Positions 9,786-19,672 of a DNA stretch of 64,000 nucleotides are shown here, in pieces. Within the stretch, counting starts at the first letter, position 1. Each line of letters begins with the position of its first letter. The translations under genes were made by a program, and so were the position numbers. The notes beneath the pieces were generated by a model that did not search any database, was not told the DNA's origin, and saw only the letters and a program-made list of their open reading frames with translations. This DNA comes from Pseudomonadota bacterium (GTDB lineage Bacteria; Pseudomonadota; Alphaproteobacteria; Rhizobiales; Xanthobacteraceae), in assembly GCA_040390145.1 (NCBI GenBank), contig JAZJYY010000061.1, positions 2,732-66,731 on the forward strand. Reading direction: 5' to 3'.

Positions 9786-12275
9786 CTACCCCGAAACCAT
9801 GCCGCGGATCCGCCGCGACAGATTGTCGAGGTCGAACGGCTTGGTGATCATTTCCATGCCGGGCTGCAGGAAGCCGTCCGCCATCGCGACGCTCTCGGCA
9901 TAGCCGGTGATGAACAGGATTTTCAGATCGGGGCGGGTTTCGCGCGCCTGGTCGGCGAGCTGGCGGCCGTTCATGCCGGGCAGGCCGACATCGGTCACCA
10001 GCAGATCGATCCGCGCGCCGCTGCGCAGGATTTTCAGGCCCGACGGTCCGTCGACCGCCTGCAGCGTGCGGTAGCCCTGCTCGCCCAGCATCTCCAGGAT
10101 GATGCCGCGCACCACCGGTTCGTCTTCGACCACCAGCACGGTTTCGCCGGTGGCGACATGTTCGGCCGCCCGCGCCGCCGAGGCATGCCCGGTATCGATG
10201 TCGCCATGGTGCCGCGGCAGATAGAGTTTTACGGATGTCCCCTGCCCGACCCTGCTGTCGATGGTCACATGGCCGTTCGACTGCCGCGCAAATCCATAGA
10301 TCATCGACAGCCCGAGACCGGTGCCTTGTCCGATCGGCTTGGTGGTGAAGAACGGATCGAAGGCGCGCGTCGCCACCTCCGCGCTCATCCCGACACCGGT
10401 ATCGGTGACACTGATGCAGACATATTCGCCTGGCGACAGCGCCGGCGTATTCGCCGCGGCGCCGTCGAGCCGCGCATTGGAGGTCGCGATGACGAGCCGG
10501 CCGCCATCCGGCATGGCGTCGCGCGCATTGATGGCGAGATTGAGCAGCGCGCTTTCCAGCTGGTTGGGGTCGCACAGCGTGCCCCACAGGTCCTCCGCCG
10601 CTGATATCTCCAGATCGATGGTCTCGCCGATGGTCCGGCGCAGCAGGTCCTCCAGCGACACCACCAGCGCATTGGCATCGACGCTTTTCGGAATCAGCGG
10701 CTGCCGCCGGGCGAAGGCTAGCAGGCGGTGGGTGAGCGCCGCGGCGCGGTTCGCCGATGTCATCGCCGCGTTGATGTAGCGCGCGACGTTGTCGGTCCGT
10801 CCCTGGTTGAGACGGGTCTGCAGCAGGTCCAGCGATCCGACGATGCCGGTCAGCAGATTGTTGAAATCGTGGGCGATGCCGCCGGTCAGCTGTCCCACCG
10901 CTTCCATCTTCTGCGACTGCAACAGCGCTTCCTCGGTGGCCTTGAGCCGTTCTGCCGCGACCTTGTCCGCGGTGACGTCGCGGGCCACGGCATAATTGTG
11001 ATCCTTGTCGGATACCCCGGTCCACCACAGCCAGCGGTACGAACCATCCTTGTGGCGGAAGCGGCTCTCGAACCTGACGGTGGTTTCACTCTCGCCGAGC
11101 TTCTTGAACTTCTTCCGCGTCGTGCCGCCGTCGTCGGGATGCTCCAGCCACTCCGCGGTGCGGTTGAGCAATTCCGCCTCGCTCCAGCCCAGCGTTCGGG
11201 TCCAGGCCGGATTGACCGTTCGCCAGATGCCGTCGCGATCGGACACTACCAGCAGATCCTGCGACACGTTCCAGATCCGGTCGCGCTCCCGGGTCTTTTC
11301 CTCGACGCGCTGGGCCAGCGTCGCATTCAGTTCGGCGAGCTGGTCGGCCAGCTTGCGGAAGCGCTCCTCGCTCTGCCGAAGCGCCTGCTCCGCAGCCACT
11401 TGTTCGGTGACATCGCTGTGCGCCCCGACCAGCCGGATCGCCCTTCCATTCTCGTCGCGCTCAATGGTGGATTTGACCAAAATCCACCTGATCTCACCGT
11501 CGCTCGGCCGGATGATCCGGTACTGCACGCTGTAATCGCGCACCTTGCTCGCGATCGCCTCGCGGAATTTCTTCTCCGCAACTTCGCGGTCCTCGGGGTG
11601 GACGCGCCGCACCCAATCCTCATGGGATTCGTTGGCGGCATCCGGCGGCAGCCCGTGAATCAGCAGATATTCCGGCGACCGGCGGTTGCGGAAGCCGGTG
11701 CGGAGATCGACCTCGAGCCCGCCGATCCGGCCGATCTGCTGCACCCGGGCCAGTTCGGCCTCACGCTCCCGCAGCGCCTCGGCGGCGACAACATCCCGGG
11801 TGACGTCCTGACAGACCACCAGCACGCCGCCAATGCCGTCATCCTTGTCGATCGGGTTGTAACTGTAGGTCCAGTAGACCTGCTCGAGTTTGCCCTGACG
11901 CGTGACGGGGACCAGCTGCTTTTCATGCCAGGTGGCGCCGCCGCCGCTCATCACCTGTTCGATCTGGGGGCCGATAATGGGCCAGATTTCAGCCCAGCAC
12001 TCCCGGCCGCGCTGGCCCAGCGCGCTCGGATGGCGCTCGGGACCCATGGTCTGGCGATAGGCGTCGTTATAGAATTGGATGAGTTCGGGACCCCACCAGA
12101 TGAACATCGGGTGATTGGAATTGAGCATCAGCCGCACGGCGGTGCGCAGGCTCTGCGGCCAGGTCAGGGGCTCGCCGAGCGGCGTCGCCGACCAGTCATA
12201 GGCGCGCGTCAACGCCCCCATTTCGCCGCCGCCAGCGAGAAAATCCGCAGAACCCGGTTTGCTGACCTTCAACAT
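9786..12275 (-). CDS. Multi-PAS hybrid sensor histidine kinase/response regulator
   Basis: PAS/PAC repeats; H-box GGIAHDFNNLL; NARDAM; DTGVGM; FFTTK..GQGTGLGL; receiver LLVTDVGLPGMNG. Confidence 0.93.
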   Translation of the reverse strand: MLKVSKPGSADFLAGGGEMGALTRAYDWSATPLGEPLTWPQSLRTAVRLMLNSNHPMFIWWGPELIQFYNDAYRQTMGPERHPSALGQRGRECWAEIWPIIGPQIEQVMSGGGATWHEKQLVPVTRQGKLEQVYWTYSYNPIDKDDGIGGVLVVCQDVTRDVVAAEALREREAELARVQQIGRIGGLEVDLRTGFRNRRSPEYLLIHGLPPDAANESHEDWVRRVHPEDREVAEKKFREAIASKVRDYSVQYRIIRPSDGEIRWILVKSTIERDENGRAIRLVGAHSDVTEQVAAEQALRQSEERFRKLADQLAELNATLAQRVEEKTRERDRIWNVSQDLLVVSDRDGIWRTVNPAWTRTLGWSEAELLNRTAEWLEHPDDGGTTRKKFKKLGESETTVRFESRFRHKDGSYRWLWWTGVSDKDHNYAVARDVTADKVAAERLKATEEALLQSQKMEAVGQLTGGIAHDFNNLLTGIVGSLDLLQTRLNQGRTDNVARYINAAMTSANRAAALTHRLLAFARRQPLIPKSVDANALVVSLEDLLRRTIGETIDLEISAAEDLWGTLCDPNQLESALLNLAINARDAMPDGGRLVIATSNARLDGAAANTPALSPGEYVCISVTDTGVGMSAEVATRAFDPFFTTKPIGQGTGLGLSMIYGFARQSNGHVTIDSRVGQGTSVKLYLPRHHGDIDTGHASAARAAEHVATGETVLVVEDEPVVRGIILEMLGEQGYRTLQAVDGPSGLKILRSGARIDLLVTDVGLPGMNGRQLADQARETRPDLKILFITGYAESVAMADGFLQPGMEMITKPFDLDNLSRRIRGMVSG

Positions 12276-12341
12276 TCCATACGATCGGTGGCTGGTTCAG
12301 CCCAAATGAGCAGCCGGAACTCAACCGCCGGTCACCCCGCA

Positions 12342-12366
12342 AACGCCCATGACGACCATTTGTTCC
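12342..12366 (-). promoter_or_regulatory. sigma-EcfG (general stress) promoter
   Basis: Exact GGAAC-N16-CGTT on the minus strand, upstream of the hybrid kinase. Confidence 0.7.
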
Positions 12367-12429
12367 AAATAAATTCGCCATCGACGGAACAAAATGGCCG
12401 TTGCCTGCGTGGCGGGGCGGGGCCGCCCC

Positions 12430-13665
12430 CTATTTCATCAGACCGGCGGCCGTGAGCGCGCGGGTGATGACGGCGCTGACGTCAATGCCGGAGCGCTTCG
12501 CGGAGGCCGCCGGATCCGGCTCGGGACGGCGGCTGCGCGTCGCCAGCGGCACGAACATTTTTGCGAGCTCCCGCGCGCCTTCGGCCGCCGAAGCCGTGGA
12601 GGGGATCGTTTTCTCAACTTCCCCAGGCGTCGTCTCCCTGGAATCTTCCTTCGCCGTTTCCCGGGCAGCCAGATGAATCCATTCGGTGAGCCCGAAGAAA
12701 TTCGCGATGTGATAGGACGATGAAATGCCCGCTTCGATCAGGAAGGCGCCCTGCGCGCCATAGCGCTCGTCATTGTCCCCGATCCCGAGCGGGGTGCCGT
12801 GGGCCATATTGGTGATGGTGTAGGATTCGATGATGGTTTCACCATCGGCATTCCACCAGACCTGGCGGGGGTAGCCGTCGACATCGGCCTCGGACATCGG
12901 CGGGGAGGGCAGCTGATGCACGTCGAGCCACTGCTTGACGATCTCGTCGGCATTGGCGGGGTTGACGGTGCGGTCGGCGCTGCCATGCCAGACCGAAAGC
13001 TTCGGCCAGGGACCCTTGTGGCTGGAGGCGTTGCGCACCAGATCGCCCAATTCGGCGGCGGGCCGAGACGGCGACTGGTACATGCCGCTCAGCGCTTCCC
13101 GCATGTTGGTGGCGACGCCGAACGGCAGTCCGGCGATGATGGCGCCGCCGGCGAATACTTCGGGATAGGTCGCCAGCATCACCGAGGTCATGGCGCCGCC
13201 GGCGGAAAGCCCGGTGACGAAGACGCGTCGCGTATCGATGCCGACATCGAGCTCCATCCGCGCGATCATCTGCCGGATCGAGCAGGCCTCGCCGCTGTCG
13301 CGCGCGGTATCCTCGGGATTGAACCAGTTGAAACAGCCATTGCCGTTGTTCGACGACTGTTGCTGCGGCATCAGCAAGGCGAAACCGTAATGTTTCGCCA
13401 GCATCGACCAGCCGGCGCCCAGATCATAGCCGGCCGCGGTCTGTCCGCAGCCGTGCAGGACGACGACCAGAGCCGGCACCGCCTGGCGATGATCGGGCAC
13501 GAACGAGAACATCCGGAGGGCGCCCGGATTGGTGCCAAAATCCCTGGTTTCCAGCAGCGGACTGTCGGCAGGCGGCTGCAGGTTTCGTCCGATATCACCC
13601 AAGCCATTGAAACCGTTGAGCTTAGGCAGATGTCGCAGAAATTCGATGTTTTTGGCGAGGGACAA
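12430..13665 (-). CDS. PHB depolymerase family esterase (LpqC-like)
   Basis: TTG start after AGGAG; VVLHGCGQ, CFNWF, lipase box GLSAGG, WHGSAD.TV. Confidence 0.88.
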   Translation of the reverse strand: MSLAKNIEFLRHLPKLNGFNGLGDIGRNLQPPADSPLLETRDFGTNPGALRMFSFVPDHRQAVPALVVVLHGCGQTAAGYDLGAGWSMLAKHYGFALLMPQQQSSNNGNGCFNWFNPEDTARDSGEACSIRQMIARMELDVGIDTRRVFVTGLSAGGAMTSVMLATYPEVFAGGAIIAGLPFGVATNMREALSGMYQSPSRPAAELGDLVRNASSHKGPWPKLSVWHGSADRTVNPANADEIVKQWLDVHQLPSPPMSEADVDGYPRQVWWNADGETIIESYTITNMAHGTPLGIGDNDERYGAQGAFLIEAGISSSYHIANFFGLTEWIHLAARETAKEDSRETTPGEVEKTIPSTASAAEGARELAKMFVPLATRSRRPEPDPAASAKRSGIDVSAVITRALTAAGLMK

Positions 13666-13714
13666 CGGCGGCTCCTTCGTGAGAGGCTTGTTAACCTCAT
13701 CAGGACCAGATAGT

Positions 13715-13726
13715 TGCTGCACTGCA
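13715..13726 (-). promoter_or_regulatory. Putative PhaR box
   Basis: TGCAGTGCAGCA matches the recalled consensus TGCRNYGCASMA, 50 bp upstream of the esterase. Confidence 0.55.
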
Positions 13727-13925
13727 AAATAAAAAGACCGTGTGCTGTCAATCCCCACTTTTGGCGGCATCTTGCTTAACGGCGTGCGCATCGGCGACGC
13801 CGATCTGGCGGAAGGCGGTCGATCGCGTCCGGACGTTTCGACCGTCATTCGGCTGATATGGTGGCCCGATAGCTGCATGGTGTCCGGCGCCTTGTGCCAA
13901 GCCTGCGAGTTCGGGACCGCCTTCG

Positions 13926-15317
13926 ATGTATGATTACGACATGCTGGTGATCGGCTCCGGCCCATCCGGCCGCCGTGCCGCTATTCAGTGTGCCAAGCTC
14001 AACCGCCGGGTCCTGGTGGTGGAAAAGGGTCGCCGGGTCGGCGGCGTGTCGGTTCATACCGGCACCATTCCGTCGAAAACCCTGCGCGAGACCGTGCTCA
14101 ATCTGTCCGGCTGGCGCGAGCGCGGCTTTTACGGCCGCTCCTACCGGGTCAAGCAGGACATCGGCGCGGTCGACCTGATCGCGCGCCTGCAAAAGACCCT
14201 CGACCATGAAGTCGAAGTGCTGGAGCACCAGTTCAGCCGTAACGCGGTGAAAACCGCCTGCGGCGAGGCCCGCTTTGTCGGACCGAACCAGATCGAGATC
14301 ACAGCTGACAGCGGCGAGATCCGCGTGGTTTCCGCCGCCCATGTCCTGATCGCCTGCGGCACACGGCCGTTCCGGCCTGAATATGTGCCGTTCGACAACA
14401 AGACGGTGTTCGACAGCGACGAGATCATCGACCTGCCGAAGCTGCCGCGCAGCCTGGCTGTGATCGGTGCCGGCGTGATCGGCGTCGAATACGCCACCAT
14501 CTTCTCGGCGCTCGACGTCGCAGTGACGCTGATCGAGCCGCGGCCGACCTTTCTCGACTTCATCGACAAGGAACTGATCGGGGAATTCATGCACGAACTG
14601 CGCGACCGCAACGTCGCGCTGCGGCTCGGCTCCACCGTCACATCGATCGAGCGCAGCGAGAGCGGCAGCATCGTCACCCGGCTGTCCGACGGCCGCAATG
14701 TCGCGTCCGAAATGCTGCTGTTCGCCGCCGGCCGGGTCGGCGCCACCGACCGGTTGAATCTGGAAGCCGCCGGGATCGCGGTCGACCATCGCGGCCGCAT
14801 CGCGGTCGATTCACTCACCCTGCAAACCAGCGTGCCCCACATTTACGCCGCCGGCGACGTGATCGGCTTTCCGAGCCTCGCCTCCACCTCGATGGAGCAG
14901 GGTCGGGTGGCGGCCTGTCATGCGCTCGGCATGGAGCCGATGGCGCCGCCCGAGTTCTTTCCCTACGGCATCTATTCGGTGCCGGAGATTTCGACCACGG
15001 GCCTTACCGAGGAAGAAGTGCGCACCCGCGGCATTCCCTACGAGGTCGGCGTCGCCCGCTTCCGCGAAACCTCGCGTGGCCACATCATGGGGCTCAACAG
15101 CGGTATGATGAAAATGATCTTCTCGACCAAGACCCGCCGCCTGCTCGGCGTGCACATTCTCGGCGAAGGCGCCACCGAACTGATCCATATCGGCCAGGCC
15201 GTGCTCAACCTGGAGGGCACCATCGACTATTTCATCAAGAACACCTTCAATTATCCGACGCTGGCGGAGGCCTACAAGATCGCCGGGCTGGATGCGTGGA
15301 ATCGGATGAGCCGGTGA
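13926..15317 (+). CDS. sthA: Soluble pyridine nucleotide transhydrogenase
   Basis: IGSGPSG, HTGTIPSKTLRE, GAGVIG.EYA, TFNYPTLAEAYK. Confidence 0.93.
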   Translation: MYDYDMLVIGSGPSGRRAAIQCAKLNRRVLVVEKGRRVGGVSVHTGTIPSKTLRETVLNLSGWRERGFYGRSYRVKQDIGAVDLIARLQKTLDHEVEVLEHQFSRNAVKTACGEARFVGPNQIEITADSGEIRVVSAAHVLIACGTRPFRPEYVPFDNKTVFDSDEIIDLPKLPRSLAVIGAGVIGVEYATIFSALDVAVTLIEPRPTFLDFIDKELIGEFMHELRDRNVALRLGSTVTSIERSESGSIVTRLSDGRNVASEMLLFAAGRVGATDRLNLEAAGIAVDHRGRIAVDSLTLQTSVPHIYAAGDVIGFPSLASTSMEQGRVAACHALGMEPMAPPEFFPYGIYSVPEISTTGLTEEEVRTRGIPYEVGVARFRETSRGHIMGLNSGMMKMIFSTKTRRLLGVHILGEGATELIHIGQAVLNLEGTIDYFIKNTFNYPTLAEAYKIAGLDAWNRMSR

Positions 15318-15324
15318 GCGGCCA

Positions 15325-16074
15325 TCAGATACGTTCGACGACGACCCGCATCCGAAATGCAATTTGCCGCCGAATGAATTCCGGGACCTTTTGCTCCAGC
15401 GCCAGCATCGGACCAACCAGCGCGGCGGGCATCAGCGACCAGTTCTGAAATCCACCGCTCATCGGATAGGCAAACAGGCTGAACCAATCGACGCTCTGGA
15501 TTCTCAATGAAGGAATCACTGTTTCAACCCGCTGGCGCGCCGCGGGCGTCGAGAACAGAAGGGTGGGGATCGCCTGATTGGCGTCGAAAGGATCTCGATC
15601 CGGGTTGATCGCAACGTCCGCAAAGGCGTCGGCGTTCATATCCACGGGCTCGACATGGACATGGTGGTAGAACTGACGCGCCAGCGTCGTCATCGCCGGC
15701 TCGATCATCGCAAGACGCCCGCCGGGTTTCAGCACGCGCGACGCTTCCTTGAGGAATTCAACCGGGCGCTCGAGGTGATGCAGCACATCGAGCATCACAA
15801 CGCCGGAAAAAAATTCGTCGGGAAACGGCAGCCGATGCGCATCGGCCACGACATCGATGCCCGGAAACGACAGGATGTCGGTGGTGATGACCTCCGGCCT
15901 GGAATCCTTGATGTGGGCCGTGCCGCCGCCAATGTCGAGAATACGGCCTTCCGGGCAGCTCTCCAGCAACTGCCGGTGAAAATCACGATACAGCAGGCGG
16001 ATGTTTTCTTTCCGCTCCCACACGCTGCGATGGGTAAGCTGGCGCTGGTCCAAGCCATTCGAATTGGTGTTCAT
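15325..16074 (-). CDS. Class I SAM-dependent methyltransferase
   Basis: ILDIGGGT, ADAHRLPF, DVLHHL, SRVLKPGG. Confidence 0.88.
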   Translation of the reverse strand: MNTNSNGLDQRQLTHRSVWERKENIRLLYRDFHRQLLESCPEGRILDIGGGTAHIKDSRPEVITTDILSFPGIDVVADAHRLPFPDEFFSGVVMLDVLHHLERPVEFLKEASRVLKPGGRLAMIEPAMTTLARQFYHHVHVEPVDMNADAFADVAINPDRDPFDANQAIPTLLFSTPAARQRVETVIPSLRIQSVDWFSLFAYPMSGGFQNWSLMPAALVGPMLALEQKVPEFIRRQIAFRMRVVVERI

Positions 16075-16086
16075 TGCAAACTCGCC

Positions 16087-17568
16087 TCAAATGGCCTTGA
16101 GCTTGCGATAGGCGAACCACACCATCTTCAACAGCAGCCAGCCGTCGCGAAATCGCGAGATCTGGGTTTCGCCGAAGGTGCGCGCCTTGTAATGGATGGG
16201 CGTTTCGACAATTTTCAGATTCTGTTTCGCCGCGCCGAAGATCAGGTCGAAATCGCCGAACGGATCGAAATTGCCGAAATAGCCGCGCTCTCTTGCCAGC
16301 ACTTCGTAATCCTTGCGCATCAGCACCTTGGTGCCGCACAGCGTGTCGGTCAGCCTGGTGTTGACGAGGTAGCTGAACAGATAGGCGAAGCAGCGGTTGG
16401 CGATCAGGTTCAGCGGACGCATCGCCTCGTTTTCCATCGGATAAATCAGCCTTGTGCCGTTGACGAACTCGGCCTTGCCGCTCTCGATCACGGCGTGATA
16501 CTTCGGCAGCGCTTCCGGCGGCATCGTCAAATCGGCATCCAGGATCATCAATACGTCGCCGGTCGCCGCGGCAAAGCCCTTGCGGACCGCGTCACCCTTG
16601 CCCTTGCCGTCCTGCTTCAGCACCTTGATGTCCCAGACGTCCTTGTAGGCATCGCGCACCCGCTCGCATTCCTCGAAGGTGCCGTCGCTGGAATTGCCCT
16701 CGACGAACAGGATTTCCTGCGATGAGCCGAACCGGGGCATGCGCAGGATCGCGTTCTCGATATTGCCCTTTTCGTTGCGGCAGGGGATCAGAATGCTGGC
16801 GGAAAATTTACGGTCCGGGAATTTATAGATCGGGCGCCCGACGAGGTAGGTCCGCAGACACAACTGCCTGATCCCGGGCAATGGCGCGATGTACCGGTTG
16901 ACGAACGGTCCGAGACCGAACAGGCGCAGCGGAATCAATTGCCGCTGTTCCTGACTGATCACCTCGAAATCCGCCAGGTCCATCAGGTTCAGGAAATCAA
17001 CCGTGGCGATGTAATTGATTCGGGGTTGCTTGCTGCGCAGGCGCACCAGCTCCGCGAGCTTCAGGATCGGTTCCCACAAATGGGAATAATAGGAGATGAT
17101 AATCCGGGTCGACGGCCCGCACAGATGATGGATCAACTTCAACGTCCCATCGATGTCCTCGAACATACCGATGGTGTCGGCAATCACGACATAATCGAAC
17201 GGTCCTTCGATCGCGCTCAGCGTCACCGGGTCTTCCGCGTCGCCCAGCACGAAATTCAGCCCCGGATGCAATCCTTTGGCCCTGGCAATCGTCTTGGCGC
17301 CGAAATCGACGCCGACACCGTAGGACGGCTCCAGCGCGGCGAGCAGCTCTCCGCTGCCGCAGCCCAATTCCAGCACTCGCTTGCCCGGCGGAATCAGAAA
17401 TCGCATGAATTTCCGGTCGTCTTCGCGATAGGCGGCATTGAACTTGCGGCGGCGATCCTGTTCATTGAGACCGGCTTCGACGTACGCCTGGAATTCCCGT
17501 TTCCGCGGATTGGACTGCAGTGGGAGAGCGGATGGCGTCTGATCCATTGGGGCCTCAACTGAACTCAA
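16087..17568 (-). CDS. Bifunctional SAM methyltransferase / GT2 (polyprenyl-phosphate sugar synthase-like)
   Basis: N-terminal VLELGCGSG; C-terminal IPCRNE, GNSSDGT, GKGDAV, DADL, TDTLCGTK. Confidence 0.9.
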   Translation of the reverse strand: MSSVEAPMDQTPSALPLQSNPRKREFQAYVEAGLNEQDRRRKFNAAYREDDRKFMRFLIPPGKRVLELGCGSGELLAALEPSYGVGVDFGAKTIARAKGLHPGLNFVLGDAEDPVTLSAIEGPFDYVVIADTIGMFEDIDGTLKLIHHLCGPSTRIIISYYSHLWEPILKLAELVRLRSKQPRINYIATVDFLNLMDLADFEVISQEQRQLIPLRLFGLGPFVNRYIAPLPGIRQLCLRTYLVGRPIYKFPDRKFSASILIPCRNEKGNIENAILRMPRFGSSQEILFVEGNSSDGTFEECERVRDAYKDVWDIKVLKQDGKGKGDAVRKGFAAATGDVLMILDADLTMPPEALPKYHAVIESGKAEFVNGTRLIYPMENEAMRPLNLIANRCFAYLFSYLVNTRLTDTLCGTKVLMRKDYEVLARERGYFGNFDPFGDFDLIFGAAKQNLKIVETPIHYKARTFGETQISRFRDGWLLLKMVWFAYRKLKAI

Positions 17569-17682
17569 AACCGCTATCTCCCGTTGTCGATGATGGCCTT
17601 TTAGACTGAACCGACAGCAAATTGAACCGGATTCGACCCCCGGACGCGGCCTGGATCAATTTCCTGGCCGCCGGTTCATGGG

Positions 17683-19317
17683 TCATTTGTCTACGACTTT
17701 CGGGAAACCAACGATTCTCTCGACGGTATCCCCGAAGCCCTGATCGAGCAGAGTCTCGGTCAGCGCGGTCTGCGGCTCGATTCGGTCGCTTCTTGACTGC
17801 ACGACCAGAACCGCGCGTCCAGCCTTTTCGAACTGGTCGAGATAGGACCAGTCGACCGCGCCGGAATGCGCCCGCCATGGCTTTCTCAGTCCCGCGTCGT
17901 AGACAAGGGTGTCGGTCGTCTGGGAAAACAACCGTGCAAATTTCCAGTCGGACCAGGCCAATCCGATCACGATAGCGAGGGGTTTGTAGCCCGCCCGATA
18001 AGCTCCGATCACAACCGGGTCTTTGTATCGCGCGATCACGTCATTGATCGCCTTTTCATTTTCGCGGCGAAGTGCGCGCTCATTCGCAAAGCTCGAAGAC
18101 ATGCTCTGGATGGAGGTAGCACCAATTGCCGAGGCAATCACGGCCGCGGCAATGTATGGCGTTGGCCGCCGGACAAAGCGGCTGATGGCCCACACGATGA
18201 TGGCCGGCGCAATGGCCACGGCCGGCATGAGGTAATGGATTGCGAAATGTTTCAGGACGAGGAGGATCGCGGTTCCCAGCGCCGCAGCGATGATGACGGC
18301 CTTGAGCCTGTCGCCGGAATTCGAAAACAGCATCGCCGCCGCCACGGCTAAGGCGGCGACAACCAACATGGGCTCGGCAGACGCGATCAGTGCGGTCCTT
18401 TCCGGAATCACGGCCCAATCAATGAACCCCGTCGCCCCGTCGCCGTGGCGGCCTACATGCGTGACGATCGAGAACAGAAAGCTGAAAGCGCGTTTCAATT
18501 TGTCAAAGATCGGCAGAAGAAAGAAAAACGCCCACAGGGCGCTCGCCGACAACGCGATCATTATCGGTCGCGGCCGCCTAAGCAGAAACGCCAGAAGCAG
18601 CAACGGAAAGAAGGTTGCCTTGCTGGGTATGCCAAGGCCGATGAAAAAGCCCACCGCGACGGCCCTGCGATCCGAGCAATCCTCGTCGGCAAACAAGGCC
18701 GGCACCAGCACCGCCATCAACGCGGTCGCGGACAGGCACACGATCGCTTCTGGCGCGGCGTGAAAAATCCGGGGAAACAGCGTTCCAAAAAGCAAATAGG
18801 CCGTCTGGCAGGCGATGCCTGCCACCATGAAGCGCGTTGACCGGGCAATCGCCGCGCCGAGCCAGTAGACTGCGATGCAGTTCATCACCAGAAACGCGGT
18901 CATGACAACGCGCAGATATTCCTCCGGATTTGTTGCAATGGATGGCGCAAACGCCAGCGACGTCAGCCCGAACAGCGTTGCGGACGACCACGCCATGATA
19001 CTGAAGAGGCCCGCCAGGAGCTGGACCGGCGTTCCAGGGTGCTCGACGAGCGAAGGATTGTAGCCCTTCATCAGGCCGGCGCCGTTGAACAGATACGGGT
19101 AAGCCGGATCGTAATCCAGGCCCCGCAGGCCTGAATAGATCGGGCTCATGTGGCCAATCATCACAAGACCTGCGATCAGCATGATCGCTGGAAAAATCAG
19201 CAATACGAGCGTTGACCCAGACAGGCGCCACCAGCGCGGCGCGCGCGCCCTCGTTTCCGCCGCGGCCTGGGGTCCGACCACCTTCGAACTGGTTATCTCA
19301 GTCTGGCTCACGCCCAA
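17683..19317 (-). CDS. Polytopic membrane protein, GT-C (ArnT/PMT)-like
   Basis: TM1 then loop DYDPAYPY...EHPGTP; about 12 TMs; soluble C-terminal tail. Confidence 0.55.
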   Translation of the reverse strand: MGVSQTEITSSKVVGPQAAAETRARAPRWWRLSGSTLVLLIFPAIMLIAGLVMIGHMSPIYSGLRGLDYDPAYPYLFNGAGLMKGYNPSLVEHPGTPVQLLAGLFSIMAWSSATLFGLTSLAFAPSIATNPEEYLRVVMTAFLVMNCIAVYWLGAAIARSTRFMVAGIACQTAYLLFGTLFPRIFHAAPEAIVCLSATALMAVLVPALFADEDCSDRRAVAVGFFIGLGIPSKATFFPLLLLAFLLRRPRPIMIALSASALWAFFFLLPIFDKLKRAFSFLFSIVTHVGRHGDGATGFIDWAVIPERTALIASAEPMLVVAALAVAAAMLFSNSGDRLKAVIIAAALGTAILLVLKHFAIHYLMPAVAIAPAIIVWAISRFVRRPTPYIAAAVIASAIGATSIQSMSSSFANERALRRENEKAINDVIARYKDPVVIGAYRAGYKPLAIVIGLAWSDWKFARLFSQTTDTLVYDAGLRKPWRAHSGAVDWSYLDQFEKAGRAVLVVQSRSDRIEPQTALTETLLDQGFGDTVERIVGFPKVVDK

Positions 19318-19473
19318 AAACGTCCCGAAGCTCGCTCTAAACCGGCATTGCCCTCCCCTCCATCCCAGCTATCCGGAGATAGATCAAGCTCCCGCAACTG
19401 CAATCTGGCGGTGATTGGCTCGGCGCAATCGAAGCTGTCGCGAGAAGGGATGCCTGCCTGCGATGCAGCCCTC

Positions 19474-19611
19474 CAGCCGCTCGCCGTACCCCTATTGCAA
19501 TGTCCGCTTGCCGGGTCCGACCAGAAATCGCATGAAACTGCGATCGTCTTCGCGATAGACGGCATTGAATTTCTCGCGGCAATCCTGCCTGTTAGGCTGG
19601 ACCGGCTTCGA
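19474..19611 (-). pseudogene. Degenerate duplicate of the 5' end of the methyltransferase-GT2 gene
   Basis: Reads QDCREKFNAVYREDDRSFMRFLVGPGKRTLQ*GYG versus QDRRRKFNAAYREDDRKFMRFLIPPGKRVLELGCG at about 17344-17480. Confidence 0.85.
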
Positions 19612-19672
19612 ATTGAACCGGTTTCAGGCCCGTCGGGCGGTGATCCAACGTGTATTCCGGAAGCGAATCTTG

